From the NCBI GenBank assembly GCA_963765765.1, contig CAVXYC010000015.1, positions 760,452 to 824,451 of the forward strand: a stretch of 64,000 nucleotides of DNA. Direction: 5' to 3'. The position numbers and the translations under genes were made by a program. This DNA is from an uncultured Chloroflexia bacterium (GTDB taxonomy: Bacteria > Chloroflexota > UBA6077 > JACCZL01). This document shows positions 63,944 through 64,000 of this stretch, piece after piece (within the stretch, counting starts at the first letter, position 1; every line of letters starts with the position of its first letter). The notes under the pieces are model-generated. The model was given only the letters and a program-made list of their open reading frames with translations. It was not told the DNA's origin and made no database searches.

Positions 63944-64000
63944 GCGAGCGCGGCCTGTGCCATCGAGCGGTCTCGATACCCGACGGTGCTCATGGAGCAG

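Overview
This window has two parts. Bases ~1-2046 are moderately GC-rich (mid-50s % by eye) and carry a GH63/MGH1-like glycosidase end, a ~460-aa protein of unknown function and a GTRG-type REP-like doublet. At ~2047 the sequence switches abruptly, inside a class-III aminotransferase gene, to ~70%+ GC core chromosome of a Burkholderiales bacterium (Rubrivivax/Piscinibacter/Methylibium-like by gene order and sequence style; inference). That part contains potGHI, dusA, psd, rpsF-priB-rpsR-rplI-dnaB, clpB, two molybdenum-cofactor clusters, thrC-hom-alaA, bcp-phoH, prpE/acuI, ppsA-ppsR and the rpsB-tsf-pyrH-frr-uppS-cdsA-dxr-rseP-bamA-skp-lpxD-fabZ-lpxA-lpxB-rnhB-trmH cluster. Most genes, including essential ones, are broken by small indels, so this looks like an uncorrected long-read consensus. 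Gene boundaries are therefore stitched across frames and approximate. I see no CRISPR array, integrase, transposase, tRNA or rRNA. The best leads are: (1) an AbfD (4-hydroxybutyryl-CoA dehydratase)-like enzyme with reshuffled Fe-S ligands, missing catalytic glutamates and an extra CCxxGC tail, sitting between prpE and acuI; (2) a 25-aa membrane microprotein absent from the ORF track; (3) a subtilase with three lectin-like C-terminal repeats; (4) the foreign left-hand segment; (5) DnaA-box-like repeats before dnaB and a sigma32 promoter plus FNR-like box before clpB. All family assignments come from motif recognition by eye; no database search was run.
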